DNA of 32,000 nucleotides, from sequence record OZ374642.1; one strand, written 5' to 3'. The position numbers and the translations under genes are program-made. This document shows positions 16,882 through 26,441 of the stretch, piece by piece. The notes under the pieces were generated by a model. It did no database searches. It had not been told where the DNA came from and saw only the letters and a program-made list of their open reading frames with translations. How positions within the stretch are numbered: position 1 is the first letter of the stretch; every line of letters begins with the position of its first letter.

Positions 16882-17583
16882 ATGGAAATTACTCCTACAC
16901 GCAGAAATTATAAGTCTAAAAATAAGAGTTTTAAGCCTACTCAGTCTACTCCTAAAGTAAATAAGGGGCCAAAGTCTCGTATGAACTTTAAGAAAACTCT
17001 TATCGAAGATTCTATTTCGCAGAAAACTACTAAATTTTCTGCCCTTCTTAATAACCCCATGCCTTTAAAGAAAGAGACTCCTCCTTTTTTAAGTGCATCA
17101 GTCTTGGAAGGCCGAGTACCTTATCTTTTTAAAAGTTTTTTAACTAAATTGTATAAGGTAAAGAATGATAAAGATATAAGTTTAAAGGAACTGAAGAATT
17201 CTATAACAAATGGATTTAACAGTCAAAAGCGTATCTCATCCATTCTAGAGAAGGCCTCTTTTGTAGAATCTTCTCTCTCGGAGGATTTAGAAAGTTTACC
17301 TATGGACTCTGAAATAAAAGACACTTTATTAAATAAAATTTCTCATATAAATCTTGAAAATATGGAAAATGAAACCGAAAGGGAAGTAGAATTCCATGTT
17401 ATAAACGGGTACTTCAAAATGCCTAAAGAAAAATATACAGAGAAAAATGAAAAGATAAAAGATCTTCGATTCAAACTTGAGTCCGAGATAGATAGAAGTA
17501 TACCTACCATTGTAGATATATCTTTTAAAAGAAAGTCATTTGAAAGAAAAGATTTATCTACTTTCTCTTATTACAAATCTTAG
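16882..17583 (+). CDS. hypothetical protein (orf233), hydrophilic and K/S/E-rich, with no family I can recognise
   Basis: 233 uninterrupted codons in AT-rich DNA. ATG sits 9 nt after the nad3 stop, on the same strand as all genes and 50 nt upstream of rps11. It is the only TAG-terminated ORF in the window. I recognise no conserved motif. Confidence 0.5.
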   Translation: MEITPTRRNYKSKNKSFKPTQSTPKVNKGPKSRMNFKKTLIEDSISQKTTKFSALLNNPMPLKKETPPFLSASVLEGRVPYLFKSFLTKLYKVKNDKDISLKELKNSITNGFNSQKRISSILEKASFVESSLSEDLESLPMDSEIKDTLLNKISHINLENMENETEREVEFHVINGYFKMPKEKYTEKNEKIKDLRFKLESEIDRSIPTIVDISFKRKSFERKDLSTFSYYKS

Positions 17584-17633
17584 GGATATTTTTGTATTCC
17601 AAAGAAATTTTAATTATTTAAAAAAATAGAATA

Positions 17634-18665
17634 ATGAAAAACGAAGTTAAACAAAGTATTTCTTCGAAATCTCCTGTAATTTCTAAAATGTCTATGAAAA
17701 AGGAAAGATTACCAAGAAAAGGTAGTCTTGCCAATTTTAAGGGCTGGAAACCTTTATACCAGGACTTAAAAAAAAGGACACGAAAGAACAGGTATTGGAT
17801 AAGAGAATGGGAGGAACGCCCTAAATCTTGGTTAAGAAGAATAAGACATTGGGAAAAACGGGTAAAGTCTCGAGAGGAATATAAGAATTTTCTCCGAGAC
17901 TCAGACTCATTCTCAATGAAAAAAGGAAATTTCCTTGAAGCCCAAGGAAATGAAAAGGGTCATCTTTATATACCGTATTATCATAGAAGAAAATTCTATA
18001 AGCGTCCGCAAGATCCAATAAGCTTAGGATATCATGAAAAATGCTTTAACAGAGGGTTAAGAAGACTGAGAAAGTATAATAAGATTCCTTATTGGTTAAA
18101 GACGAAGAAAGTTGACTCTTTAAATAAAATAGATAATAAAAGAACTTTATCTAAAAAAGATATGGTTTTTGAAACGGGTAAGAGTGTTGATATTTTTAAC
18201 CATATAAGAAGATATTCTCGAATTTCAGTAAAGTCAAAGCGACAAGGTAATAAGAGTAATTATTATAAGTTGCGTAGACAACGTAAAGAGACATCATTCT
18301 TGCGCCGAGGGATTCCTAAAAATCGTATAGGAATTGTTCATATAAACGCAGGGTTAAAAAATACAATAATAAGCTTAACAGATTTAAATAAAGATGTTAA
18401 AGCTTGGGTATCTAATGGATCTGTTGGCTTCAAGCGTAAGAAACGAAAGAGTCCTTACGCAAGTTTTGTAGCAGGCCAAAATATTGGTTATAGAGCAATA
18501 GACCTAGGATACCGAGGTGTGATAATTCATTTAAAGGGTGTTGGTAGAGGACGACATAATAGTTGTCGAGGTTTGGCAGGAACTCGATTAAAAATCTTAC
18601 GTATAAAAGACCAAATACGCCTTCCGCATAATGGTTGCAGGCTACGTAAGAAGCGTCGAGTTTAA
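17634..18665 (+). CDS. rps11: ribosomal protein S11 with a basic N-terminal extension of about 230 aa
   Basis: The last ~113 aa are canonical S11 (RIGIVHINAGLKNTIISLTD...SPYASFVAGQNIGYRAIDLGYRGVIIHLKGVGRGRHNSCRGLAGTRLKILRIKDQIRLPHNGCRLRKKRRV). Residues 1-230 are K/R/W-rich with no recognisable homology. Confidence 0.9.
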   Translation: MKNEVKQSISSKSPVISKMSMKKERLPRKGSLANFKGWKPLYQDLKKRTRKNRYWIREWEERPKSWLRRIRHWEKRVKSREEYKNFLRDSDSFSMKKGNFLEAQGNEKGHLYIPYYHRRKFYKRPQDPISLGYHEKCFNRGLRRLRKYNKIPYWLKTKKVDSLNKIDNKRTLSKKDMVFETGKSVDIFNHIRRYSRISVKSKRQGNKSNYYKLRRQRKETSFLRRGIPKNRIGIVHINAGLKNTIISLTDLNKDVKAWVSNGSVGFKRKKRKSPYASFVAGQNIGYRAIDLGYRGVIIHLKGVGRGRHNSCRGLAGTRLKILRIKDQIRLPHNGCRLRKKRRV

Positions 18666-18677
18666 AAAGGATTCAAA

Positions 18678-18692
18678 TTGGAGTAAATCCAA
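18678..18692 (-). repeat. family A hairpin element, variant TTGGAGTAAATCCAA
   Basis: 12 nt after the rps11 stop. Followed by a second hairpin, GTACGA-ATGATCCG-TCGTAC (18700-18719). Confidence 0.85.
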
Positions 18693-18765
18693 CAATGAGG
18701 TACGAATGATCCGTCGTACTTCATTAGAATTCAAGAAAATTCAGTATTTAGAAAAAACAAAATAA

Positions 18766-20808
18766 ATGTATTTGTGCATTCTAGGTCTTCCCCTTATGGG
18801 TTTTATAGGGGCCGCAGGTTTTGGGCGTTTCCTAGGAGGAAGAGGAGCTGGAGTCTTAACAACAAGTCTTTTAGCACTAACATTCTTCTTTAGCTGTATC
18901 GTCTTCTATGAAGTAGGTATCTGTGGAAGCTCATGTACACTTTCAGTAAGCCCTTGGTTCTTAAGTGAATCTTGGGACGCTACATGGGGTCTCCTTTTTG
19001 ACCCTTTAACAGGAACAATGTGTGTAGTTGTAACTTCTGTAAGTACTTTAGTTCACTTATACTCAACATCTTATATGGGAGAGGATCCTCACTTACCTAG
19101 GTTTATGAGTTATCTTTCTCTATTTACCTTCTTTATGTTAATCCTTATTACAGGAGATAACTTCTTACAAATGTTTGTAGGTTGGGAAGGTGTCGGTTTA
19201 GCTTCGTATCTACTTATCAACTTCTGGTATACCAGATTACAAGCTAATAAATCTGCTATTAAGGCTATGATGATGAACCGTGTAGGTGATTTCGGTCTTG
19301 GTCTTGGTATCTTTGCTCTATATACAATTTTTGGAAGTGTTAACTTTGAAAGTGTTTTCGCTTGTGCTCCGCACTTAAGTGATGAAAAAATCGTTTTCTT
19401 TGGAACAGAATTCCATGCATATACTCTTATAGGAATCCTTCTTTTCGTTGGAGCTACTGGTAAATCTGCTCAGATTGGTTTACACACATGGCTACCAGAC
19501 GCTATGGAGGGTCCTACACCAGTATCTGCCCTTATCCACGCTGCTACAATGGTTACAGCAGGTGTATTCTTAATCGCAAGGTGTTCTCCTCTTTATGAGT
19601 ATGCACCAGATGCTTTAGGGGTTATTGCTTTAGCCGGTGGTATGACAGCATTCTTTGCAGCAACTACAGGTCTTGTCCAAAATGACTTAAAACGTGTAAT
19701 TGCTTACTCTACTTGTAGTCAGCTAGGGTATATGGTATTTGCTTGTGGTCTATCTCACTATGATTTAGGAGTTTTCCACTTAGCAAACCACGCTTTCTTT
19801 AAAGCTCTTCTTTTCTTAGGCGCAGGTTCTGTGATCCACGCAATGGCTGGAGAACAAGATATGCGAAGACTTGGTGGTTTAGGCCAAGCTCTTCCCTTCA
19901 CTAATACAATGATGCTTCTTGGTTCTTTAGCTCTTGTAGGTTTCCCTTTCTTAAGTGGATTCTATTCAAAAGATGCTTTACTTGAAGTTTCTTATGCTCA
20001 TTTCACTTTAAGTGGTGATTTCACATTCATTTTAGGGTGTGGTGCAGCATTCTGTACTTCTTATTATTCTTTCCGTTTGGTTTCATTAACATTCTTAGGC
20101 GAACCTAAAGGGCCTAAAAAGGCTTATGAAGGTATTCATGAAGCTCCATTCCAAATGGCTCTTCCTCTAGTCGTTCTAGGAATTGGAAGTCTATTTAGTG
20201 GATTCTTAGGAAAAGAACTTATGGTGGGACTTGGTACTCCTTTCTGGCAAAATGCTATTGTAAATCTACCAACTCACAATACAGGACTAGAAGCTGAGTA
20301 TATTGATCAGTCAATTAAGCACTTACCATTTGTATTAACATGTATTGGTGGGTTCTTAGGTCTTTTCATTAACTCTCCTTACCTAAGTCCGACAGTATAT
20401 AAGATGAAATTAACGGCTTTAGGCCTGAATCTTTATACTTTCTTAAATCGTCGTTGGCTATTCGACAAAGTTTATAATGATTATATTGGTACACCGGCTT
20501 TAAATTTCGGTTACAATGTATCATTCAAAAGTATTGATAAGGGTGTTCTAGAAATCTTAGGGCCTTTCGGAATTACACAAGGGATCCGTGATCTTGTGAA
20601 CCAGATCCACAAACTACAGAGTGGTCTTATTTATCACTATGCATTTGTAATGCTTCTAGGGTTAACATTCTTACTAACACTTTTAAGTTTAGAAAATCTA
20701 ATCCAAGTTTGGGTTGATCCTCGTTTATGGTTTGTATTTGGTTTAGCCTTTATGAGCTATTTTTTAGCAGGGGAGAAAACCACGGATGAGGAAAAAGTCC
20801 TTGGTTAA
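18766..20808 (+). CDS. nad5: NADH dehydrogenase subunit 5
   Basis: 680-aa ORF with FVGWEGVGLASYLLINFWYTRLQANKSAIKAMMMNRVGDFG, TGKSAQIGLHTWLPDAMEGPTPVSALIHAATMVTAGVFL and AYSTCSQLGYM. Confidence 0.97.
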   Translation: MYLCILGLPLMGFIGAAGFGRFLGGRGAGVLTTSLLALTFFFSCIVFYEVGICGSSCTLSVSPWFLSESWDATWGLLFDPLTGTMCVVVTSVSTLVHLYSTSYMGEDPHLPRFMSYLSLFTFFMLILITGDNFLQMFVGWEGVGLASYLLINFWYTRLQANKSAIKAMMMNRVGDFGLGLGIFALYTIFGSVNFESVFACAPHLSDEKIVFFGTEFHAYTLIGILLFVGATGKSAQIGLHTWLPDAMEGPTPVSALIHAATMVTAGVFLIARCSPLYEYAPDALGVIALAGGMTAFFAATTGLVQNDLKRVIAYSTCSQLGYMVFACGLSHYDLGVFHLANHAFFKALLFLGAGSVIHAMAGEQDMRRLGGLGQALPFTNTMMLLGSLALVGFPFLSGFYSKDALLEVSYAHFTLSGDFTFILGCGAAFCTSYYSFRLVSLTFLGEPKGPKKAYEGIHEAPFQMALPLVVLGIGSLFSGFLGKELMVGLGTPFWQNAIVNLPTHNTGLEAEYIDQSIKHLPFVLTCIGGFLGLFINSPYLSPTVYKMKLTALGLNLYTFLNRRWLFDKVYNDYIGTPALNFGYNVSFKSIDKGVLEILGPFGITQGIRDLVNQIHKLQSGLIYHYAFVMLLGLTFLLTLLSLENLIQVWVDPRLWFVFGLAFMSYFLAGEKTTDEEKVLG

Positions 20809-20861
20809 TAAAGGGCTAAAAGTCCGTTTTGTAAAAATATAGAAGAAAATAAGCACCCCAA

Positions 20862-22367
20862 ATGGTTTCTTATCTATTACCTTCACTTATCCTTCTTCCT
20901 TTAGTAGGTAGTGTTATTTTATTCTTCGTGCCTTCCTCATCGGTGAAAACAATTAGAGTTGGAGGTCTGTTGATCTCTTCAGCAACTTTTATGCTTTCTC
21001 TCTTGGCTTGGGTCTTCTTTGACCCCTCATCGACAAAATTCCAATTTGTCTATGAAGCACCATGGCTCGGTACGTCAAATATTTACCTTATTTTAGGGAT
21101 TGATGGTATCTCATTATTCTTTGTTGTTTTAAGTGCTTTCTTAATTCCTTTATGCCTTCTGGCTGGGTGGGAAAGTATTGAAAGACAAAAAGAGTATGTT
21201 ATTGCCTTTCTTGTCCTAGAGGCACTGATGATTGCTGTCTTCTGTCTTTTAGACCTATTTCTTTTCTATGTATTCTTTGAAAGTGTACTTATTCCAATGT
21301 TCTTCATTATCGGGATCTTTGGATCAAGGGAAAGAAAAATTAGAGCAGCTTATCAGTTTTTCCTTTATACCCTTTTAGGGTCTGTTCTTATGCTCTTAGG
21401 AGTCCTAATGATTTATTCTCAGACAGGAACAACACAAGTAGAACTTCTTTATACTGCTGAATTTAGTGAAATGGCACAAATTATTCTGTGGCTTTCATTC
21501 TTTGCTTCATTTGCAGTTAAAGTCCCTATGCTTCCTGTTCACATTTGGCTTCCTGAAGCTCACGTTGAAGCGCCTACAGCAGGATCTGTCATCCTAGCGG
21601 GTATTCTTCTGAAACTAGGGACTTATGGTTTCCTTCGTTTCTCTATTCCACTTTTCCCAGATGCATCTCTTTACTTCACCCCTCTAGTCTTTACTATGAG
21701 TGTAATTGCAGTAATCTATGCATCTTTAACAACAGTTCGACAAGTGGATTTAAAGAAGATTATTGCTTACTCTTCAGTGGCCCACATGAATTTTGTGACA
21801 TTAGGTCTCTTTAGTTTAAATCCTTTAGGTGTAGAAGGAAGTATTCTTTTAATGTTAAGTCACGGCTTAGTCTCACCAGGACTCTTCCTTTGCGTTGGTG
21901 TTATGTATGATAGATATAAAACACGTCTTCTACGTTATTATGGAGGTAGCGTTCATACAATGCCTATCTTCTCAGCTGTTTTCCTATTCTTTACTATGGG
22001 GAACATCAGTTTACCAGGAACAAGTAGTTTCGTTGGTGAGTTTATGGTTTTATCAGGTACATTTGTATCAAATCCTTTCATTTGCTTCCTAGCAGCTACA
22101 GGAATGGTCTTAGGTGCTGCCTACTCTCTATGGTTATATAACCGAGTAGCTTTCGGAGCATTTAAGCCTCATTTCATTTCTACATATTCTGACTTAAACC
22201 GCAGAGAATTCTATACCTTTGTTCCTTTAATTGGAGCAGTTTTATGGATGGGGATTTATCCTGAAGTCTTCTTAGACGAAATCCACGCTTCAGTTTATAA
22301 TCTTCTTGAGAATTTTTCAAGACCTCCTATTGATGGAAGTCTTGTAGTAGATGGAAAGATTTCATAA
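20862..22367 (+). CDS. nad4: NADH dehydrogenase subunit 4
   Basis: 501-aa ORF with FAVKVPMLPVHIWLPEAHVEAPTAGSVILAGILLKLGTYGFLRF, IAYSSVAHMNFV and LMLSHGLVSPGLF. Confidence 0.97.
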   Translation: MVSYLLPSLILLPLVGSVILFFVPSSSVKTIRVGGLLISSATFMLSLLAWVFFDPSSTKFQFVYEAPWLGTSNIYLILGIDGISLFFVVLSAFLIPLCLLAGWESIERQKEYVIAFLVLEALMIAVFCLLDLFLFYVFFESVLIPMFFIIGIFGSRERKIRAAYQFFLYTLLGSVLMLLGVLMIYSQTGTTQVELLYTAEFSEMAQIILWLSFFASFAVKVPMLPVHIWLPEAHVEAPTAGSVILAGILLKLGTYGFLRFSIPLFPDASLYFTPLVFTMSVIAVIYASLTTVRQVDLKKIIAYSSVAHMNFVTLGLFSLNPLGVEGSILLMLSHGLVSPGLFLCVGVMYDRYKTRLLRYYGGSVHTMPIFSAVFLFFTMGNISLPGTSSFVGEFMVLSGTFVSNPFICFLAATGMVLGAAYSLWLYNRVAFGAFKPHFISTYSDLNRREFYTFVPLIGAVLWMGIYPEVFLDEIHASVYNLLENFSRPPIDGSLVVDGKIS

Positions 22368-22386
22368 GTTTTAAAATATATAGAAA

Positions 22387-23865
22387 ATGTTTTATTTATT
22401 CGAATCTGATTTCTTAGGCCTTATTCCAGAAACTTTCTTACTTCTGGGATTATCTACGCTTTTAGGTTATGGTGTTTGGTACGAAAAAGGGAGAGAGTCA
22501 GAAATGACTTCTCATCAATTATGGGTTGGAGGCTTATGCCTTGCTTTTACATTTATTCTTTTATGTGAAAGCCCTTTAATGAATATGATTTTATGTTTTA
22601 ATACATTAATCATAGATGGAATGTCCGCTTATCTAAAAGCTCTTATCCTTCTCAGCACCCTATGTATCTTTGGCCTTAGTTTTTCTTATCTACAACAAGA
22701 ACGAATTAAAGCTTTTGAGTACGTTATCTTACTCTTATTAGCTACATTAAGCTTAATGCTTATGGTTTCTTCTTATGACTTTATCTCTCTCTATCTGGCT
22801 ATTGAATTCCAAAGTTTAGGTCTTTATGTATTAGCTGCTTTAAAGCGAGATAATGAATATTCTACAGAAGCAGGCCTTAAATACTTCGTTTTAGGTGCTT
22901 TCTCTTCAGGGTTCTATCTATTTGGTGCTTCTCTTATCTATGGTTTAACAGGAACAACAAACTTTGAGGACCTTGGAATCCTATTTACAGGTGTAGGTCC
23001 TACAGACCTATTCACACAAGGGTCTGTTGTTGTGGGTCTTTTATTCTTAAGCGTTGCTTTCTTATTCAAGATCAGTGCAGCTCCTTTCCACATGTGGTCT
23101 CCTGATGTTTATGAAGGTGCTCCTACAGTCATTACAGCTTTCTTCTCTGTTGCTCCTAAATTAGCTTTATTTGGAGTTCTAATAAGAGTCTTCTATCTTG
23201 GATTCTTTGACTTCTTATTCTCTTGGCAGCAGATTTTCTTCTTCTGTAGCTTAGCTTCAATGGTCTTTGGTTCTTTTGGTGCTTTAGCTCAGGTGAAGAT
23301 CAAGCGACTTTTAGCCTTTAGTTCTATTGGTCATGTAGGATATATGCTTATTGGACTTGCTACTGGAAGTCTACAAGGATTACAAGGTATTTTCCTTTAC
23401 CTTCTTATTTATCTTGTGATGACAATTAACGCTTTCAGCGTTGTCTTAAGTTTAAGAACACGTGAAGGAGAACCTAGGTTCCTATTAGATTTAAAAAACC
23501 TTAACCTTAAGAGCCCAATCTTAGCTCTAACCTTCAGTCTTACCTTATTCTCTATGGCAGGGATCCCACCTCTAGCAGGATTCTTAAGTAAATTCTACTT
23601 ATTCTTTGCTGCTTTAGATGCTTCTCTGTATTCTCTAGCTATTCTAGGCGTATTATCAAGCGTGATAAGTTGCTTCTATTACATTAGCATCATTAAGCTT
23701 ATGTATTTCCACAAAGCGGAGGAAGTTCAACTTAAACCTTTAGTTGGAATCGACGGGCAAAAAGGGTTCTTACTTGGAATTACATTCTTTGGAATTCTAT
23801 TTATCTTCCTTTACCCTTCACCATTCTTCCTATTGAGTCACGCAGCAGCATTATCATTCTCATAA
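22387..23865 (+). CDS. nad2: NADH dehydrogenase subunit 2
   Basis: 492-aa hydrophobic ORF with LAIEFQSLGLYVLAA, EAGLKYFVLGAFSSGFYLFG, KISAAPFHMWSPDVYEGAPT and LLAFSSIGHVGYM. Confidence 0.95.
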   Translation: MFYLFESDFLGLIPETFLLLGLSTLLGYGVWYEKGRESEMTSHQLWVGGLCLAFTFILLCESPLMNMILCFNTLIIDGMSAYLKALILLSTLCIFGLSFSYLQQERIKAFEYVILLLLATLSLMLMVSSYDFISLYLAIEFQSLGLYVLAALKRDNEYSTEAGLKYFVLGAFSSGFYLFGASLIYGLTGTTNFEDLGILFTGVGPTDLFTQGSVVVGLLFLSVAFLFKISAAPFHMWSPDVYEGAPTVITAFFSVAPKLALFGVLIRVFYLGFFDFLFSWQQIFFFCSLASMVFGSFGALAQVKIKRLLAFSSIGHVGYMLIGLATGSLQGLQGIFLYLLIYLVMTINAFSVVLSLRTREGEPRFLLDLKNLNLKSPILALTFSLTLFSMAGIPPLAGFLSKFYLFFAALDASLYSLAILGVLSSVISCFYYISIIKLMYFHKAEEVQLKPLVGIDGQKGFLLGITFFGILFIFLYPSPFFLLSHAAALSFS

Positions 23866-23899
23866 AGAGGAATTAAATATTTAACACATATAAATTAAT

Positions 23900-24520
23900 A
23901 TGAATTTATTCTTGGCAGTTTTTGCAGCTTTGGGTATTAGTTCTTCTATTATGGTTATTAGAGCGAATAACCCAGTTTACTCTGTTCTATATCTAATTTT
24001 AGTCTTCGTCAACGTTAGTGGAATTTTAATTCTTCAAGGTTTAGATTTCTTTGCAATGATCTTCTTAGTTGTCTATGTTGGGGCAATTGCAGTTCTATTC
24101 CTATTCGTTGTCATGATGCTTAACATTAAGATAGAAGAGAGGCAAGAAAGTATGCTACGTTACGTTCCGGTGGGTGCGGGTATTGGTCTAATCTTCTTCC
24201 TAGAAGTAATCATTGCCCTTGACAAAGAATTTGTCCCCTTAAATCCGCTGGCATTTACTTCTCTAGATAATGATTCTGCACTTATTCCTGAATATTTACA
24301 CTGGGGAACAACCTTAGGACAAAAGACAGGTATAGAAGCAATCGGGCAAGTTATCTACACTTATTACTTTTACTACTTCTTTATGGCAAGTTTTATTCTT
24401 TTAGTTGCGATGATTGGAGCAATCCTTTTAACTCTTCATAACGATCCAAAAGTAAAACGTCAAGAAGTATTCGAACAGAATGCAAGAGAGTTCTCTAGAA
24501 CAATCCAGAAAGCCTCTTAA
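23900..24520 (+). CDS. nad6: NADH dehydrogenase subunit 6
   Basis: 206-aa hydrophobic ORF with NPVYSVLYLILVFVNVSGILILQGLDFFAMIFLVVYVGAIAVLFLFVVMMLN, typical of ND6. Position after nad2. Confidence 0.9.
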   Translation: MNLFLAVFAALGISSSIMVIRANNPVYSVLYLILVFVNVSGILILQGLDFFAMIFLVVYVGAIAVLFLFVVMMLNIKIEERQESMLRYVPVGAGIGLIFFLEVIIALDKEFVPLNPLAFTSLDNDSALIPEYLHWGTTLGQKTGIEAIGQVIYTYYFYYFFMASFILLVAMIGAILLTLHNDPKVKRQEVFEQNAREFSRTIQKAS

Positions 24521-24553
24521 TGGAGAATTCGTCCAAAAGACCGAAAGGTCAGG

Positions 24554-24574
24554 GAGCACTCGCTGCTCTCGTGG
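24554..24574 (+). repeat. family C variant GAGCACTCGCTGCTCTCGTGG
   Basis: Differs from GAGTACTCGCTACTCTCGTAGG (29281) by paired T>C and A>G changes that keep the GAGCA/TGCTC stem. Shares TGCTCTCGTGGA with 1149-1160. Confidence 0.8.
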
Positions 24575-24598
24575 ATGGATTCATCCCATTCGGGATCA

Positions 24599-24670
24599 TC
24601 CTCAATAGCTCAGTGGTAGAGCAAACGGCTGTTAACCGTTTGGTCGTTGGTTCAAATCCAACTTGGGGAG
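24599..24670 (+). tRNA. trnN(guu): tRNA-Asn (anticodon GUU)
   Basis: Acceptor TCCTCAA/TTGGGGA, D arm GCTC-AGTGGTA-GAGC, anticodon arm AACGG-CTGTTAA-CCGTT, T arm GTTGG-TTCAAAT-CCAAC. 72 nt. Confidence 0.93.
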
Positions 24671-24765
24671 ATAAAAAAAGATTCTTATGGTCCGAAAAAA
24701 CCTGAAAAGGTCTCGGTATTACCCCTTAAGAGGGAAGGGACGAAGTTTAAAACAACTTCTTTCTG

Positions 24766-24780
24766 TGGACTTTAAGTCCA
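24766..24780. repeat. family D hairpin TGGACTTTAAGTCCA
   Basis: Stem TGGAC/GTCCA in the trnN-cox2 spacer. Confidence 0.85.
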
Positions 24781-24855
24781 TAGCCCCCCTAATAATAATA
24801 AACCATCATTCGAGAAAAGAATCTCGAAGATCTTTGTAAGAAAAAGAAAAGAATC

Positions 24856-25605
24856 ATGAAATTATTTCGTGAATTTTTATGTGATGCTGCAGAACCTTGG
24901 CAACTAGGTTTCCAAGATCCAGCAACACCAGTGATGGAGGGTCTAATTGAACTCCACCACGACTTAATGTTTTTCCTAGCTTTTATTCTAGTTTTTGTGA
25001 TGTGGATCCTAGGGCGTACCCTTTACCACTTCAATGCAAGTAAAAACCCTATTCCACACAAAATCACACACGGTACTCTGATCGAGATCGTATGGACAGT
25101 AACACCAAGTCTTATTCTAATTCTTATTGCACTTCCATCTTTCGCTCTTCTATATTCAATGGAAGAAATTGTTGATCCAGCAGTTACTTTAAAAGCTGTA
25201 GGTCACCAATGGTATTGGGTATATGAGTATTCAGATTATAACGTAAGCGACGAAGAAGCTTTAACTTTTGAAAGTTATATGGTTGCTGAAGATGATTTAG
25301 AGCCTGGTCAACTTCGTCTATTAGAAGTGGATAACCGTGTTGTTCTTCCAGTTCAAACACATATCCGTGTTGTTATAACAGCAGCAGACGTTCTTCACAG
25401 TTGGGCAGTTCCTTCATTAGGAGTCAAGTGTGATGCAATCCCTGGACGTCTAAATCAAGTAAGTCTATTCATCAAACGTGAAGGAGTATTCTACGGACAA
25501 TGTAGTGAGCTTTGTGGGGTAAACCACGGATTCATGCCTATTGTTGTAGAATCAGTTCCAGTTGATGATTATATTCAGTGGGTAACAAATAAAATAGAAG
25601 TTTAA
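24856..25605 (+). CDS. cox2: cytochrome c oxidase subunit 2
   Basis: 249-aa ORF with [55 protein letters not shown] and the CuA site [13 protein letters not shown]. Confidence 0.98.
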   Translation: MKLFREFLCDAAEPWQLGFQDPATPVMEGLIELHHDLMFFLAFILVFVMWILGRTLYHFNASKNPIPHKITHGTLIEIVWTVTPSLILILIALPSFALLYSMEEIVDPAVTLKAVGHQWYWVYEYSDYNVSDEEALTFESYMVAEDDLEPGQLRLLEVDNRVVLPVQTHIRVVITAADVLHSWAVPSLGVKCDAIPGRLNQVSLFIKREGVFYGQCSELCGVNHGFMPIVVESVPVDDYIQWVTNKIEV

Positions 25606-25607
25606 TC

Positions 25608-26411
25608 ATGTCAGGTTCTACTTTACAAAGACACCCTTTTCACCTAGTTGATCCCAGTCCCTGGCCAATTTTTGGTTCACTTTCAGCCCTATGTACAACA
25701 ATTGGTGCTGTAATGTGGATGCACTCTTATGTAAATGGAGGATTTATGTTTGCTTTTGGCTTCGTAGGTCTTCTTTATACTATGGCCGTTTGGTGGCGTG
25801 ATATCGTCAAAGAAGCTACTTATGAAGGTCACCACACAGTTGCAGTCCAAACAGGACTGCGTTGGGGGATGATTCTCTTCATTGTTTCTGAGATTATGTT
25901 CTTCTTTGCCTTCTTCTGGGCATTCTTCCACTCAAGCATTGCCCCCGGTATTGATATCGGTGGTATTTGGCCTCCAAAAGGAATTGAAGTTCTAAGTCCT
26001 TGGGAAGTTCCTCTTCTTAACACACTTATTCTTCTTCTTTCAGGAGCATCTGTGACTTGGGCTCACCATGCTATTCTATGTGGTGAAAAGCAACAAACAC
26101 TTTACGCTTTAGGTGTTACTATAATCCTAGCTATTATCTTCACAGGACTTCAGGGTCTTGAGTACGTAGAGGCACCTTTCAGTATCTCTGATGGTGTTTA
26201 TGGGTGTACATTTTTCCTAGCTACTGGTTTCCACGGATTCCACGTATTTATTGGAACTGTCTTCCTTACAGTTTGCTTATTCCGCCAATCATTTGGCCAC
26301 TTTACTCCTTCTCACCACTTTGGGTTTGAAGCAGCTGCATGGTATTGGCACTTTGTCGATGTCGTATGGCTATTCCTATTCGTAAGTATTTATTGGTGGG
26401 GAGGCCAATAA
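25608..26411 (+). CDS. cox3: cytochrome c oxidase subunit 3
   Basis: 267-aa ORF starting 2 nt after cox2. Contains [43 protein letters not shown] and [17 protein letters not shown]. Confidence 0.98.
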   Translation: MSGSTLQRHPFHLVDPSPWPIFGSLSALCTTIGAVMWMHSYVNGGFMFAFGFVGLLYTMAVWWRDIVKEATYEGHHTVAVQTGLRWGMILFIVSEIMFFFAFFWAFFHSSIAPGIDIGGIWPPKGIEVLSPWEVPLLNTLILLLSGASVTWAHHAILCGEKQQTLYALGVTIILAIIFTGLQGLEYVEAPFSISDGVYGCTFFLATGFHGFHVFIGTVFLTVCLFRQSFGHFTPSHHFGFEAAAWYWHFVDVVWLFLFVSIYWWGGQ

Positions 26412-26441
26412 AGCACAAAATTTTTTATTAAGGTTCTTATA

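Noticed and set aside
24520-24705. Plus-strand ORF of 61 aa starting at the nad6 stop
   Set aside because: It is built over the family C repeat and the whole of trnN(guu), which explains the sequence better.
1589-26023. Short ORFs nested in other frames or antisense within conserved genes (1589..1780, 2752..2946, 3799..4014, 5414..5656, 6225..6425, 7254..7466, 12476..12667, 14099..14311, 16014..16196, 17821..18018, 21895..22092, 25689..25931, 25829..26023)
   Set aside because: Each is fully overlapped by a strongly conserved gene in another frame or strand. They are 60-80 codons long, as expected by chance, and have no recognisable motifs.
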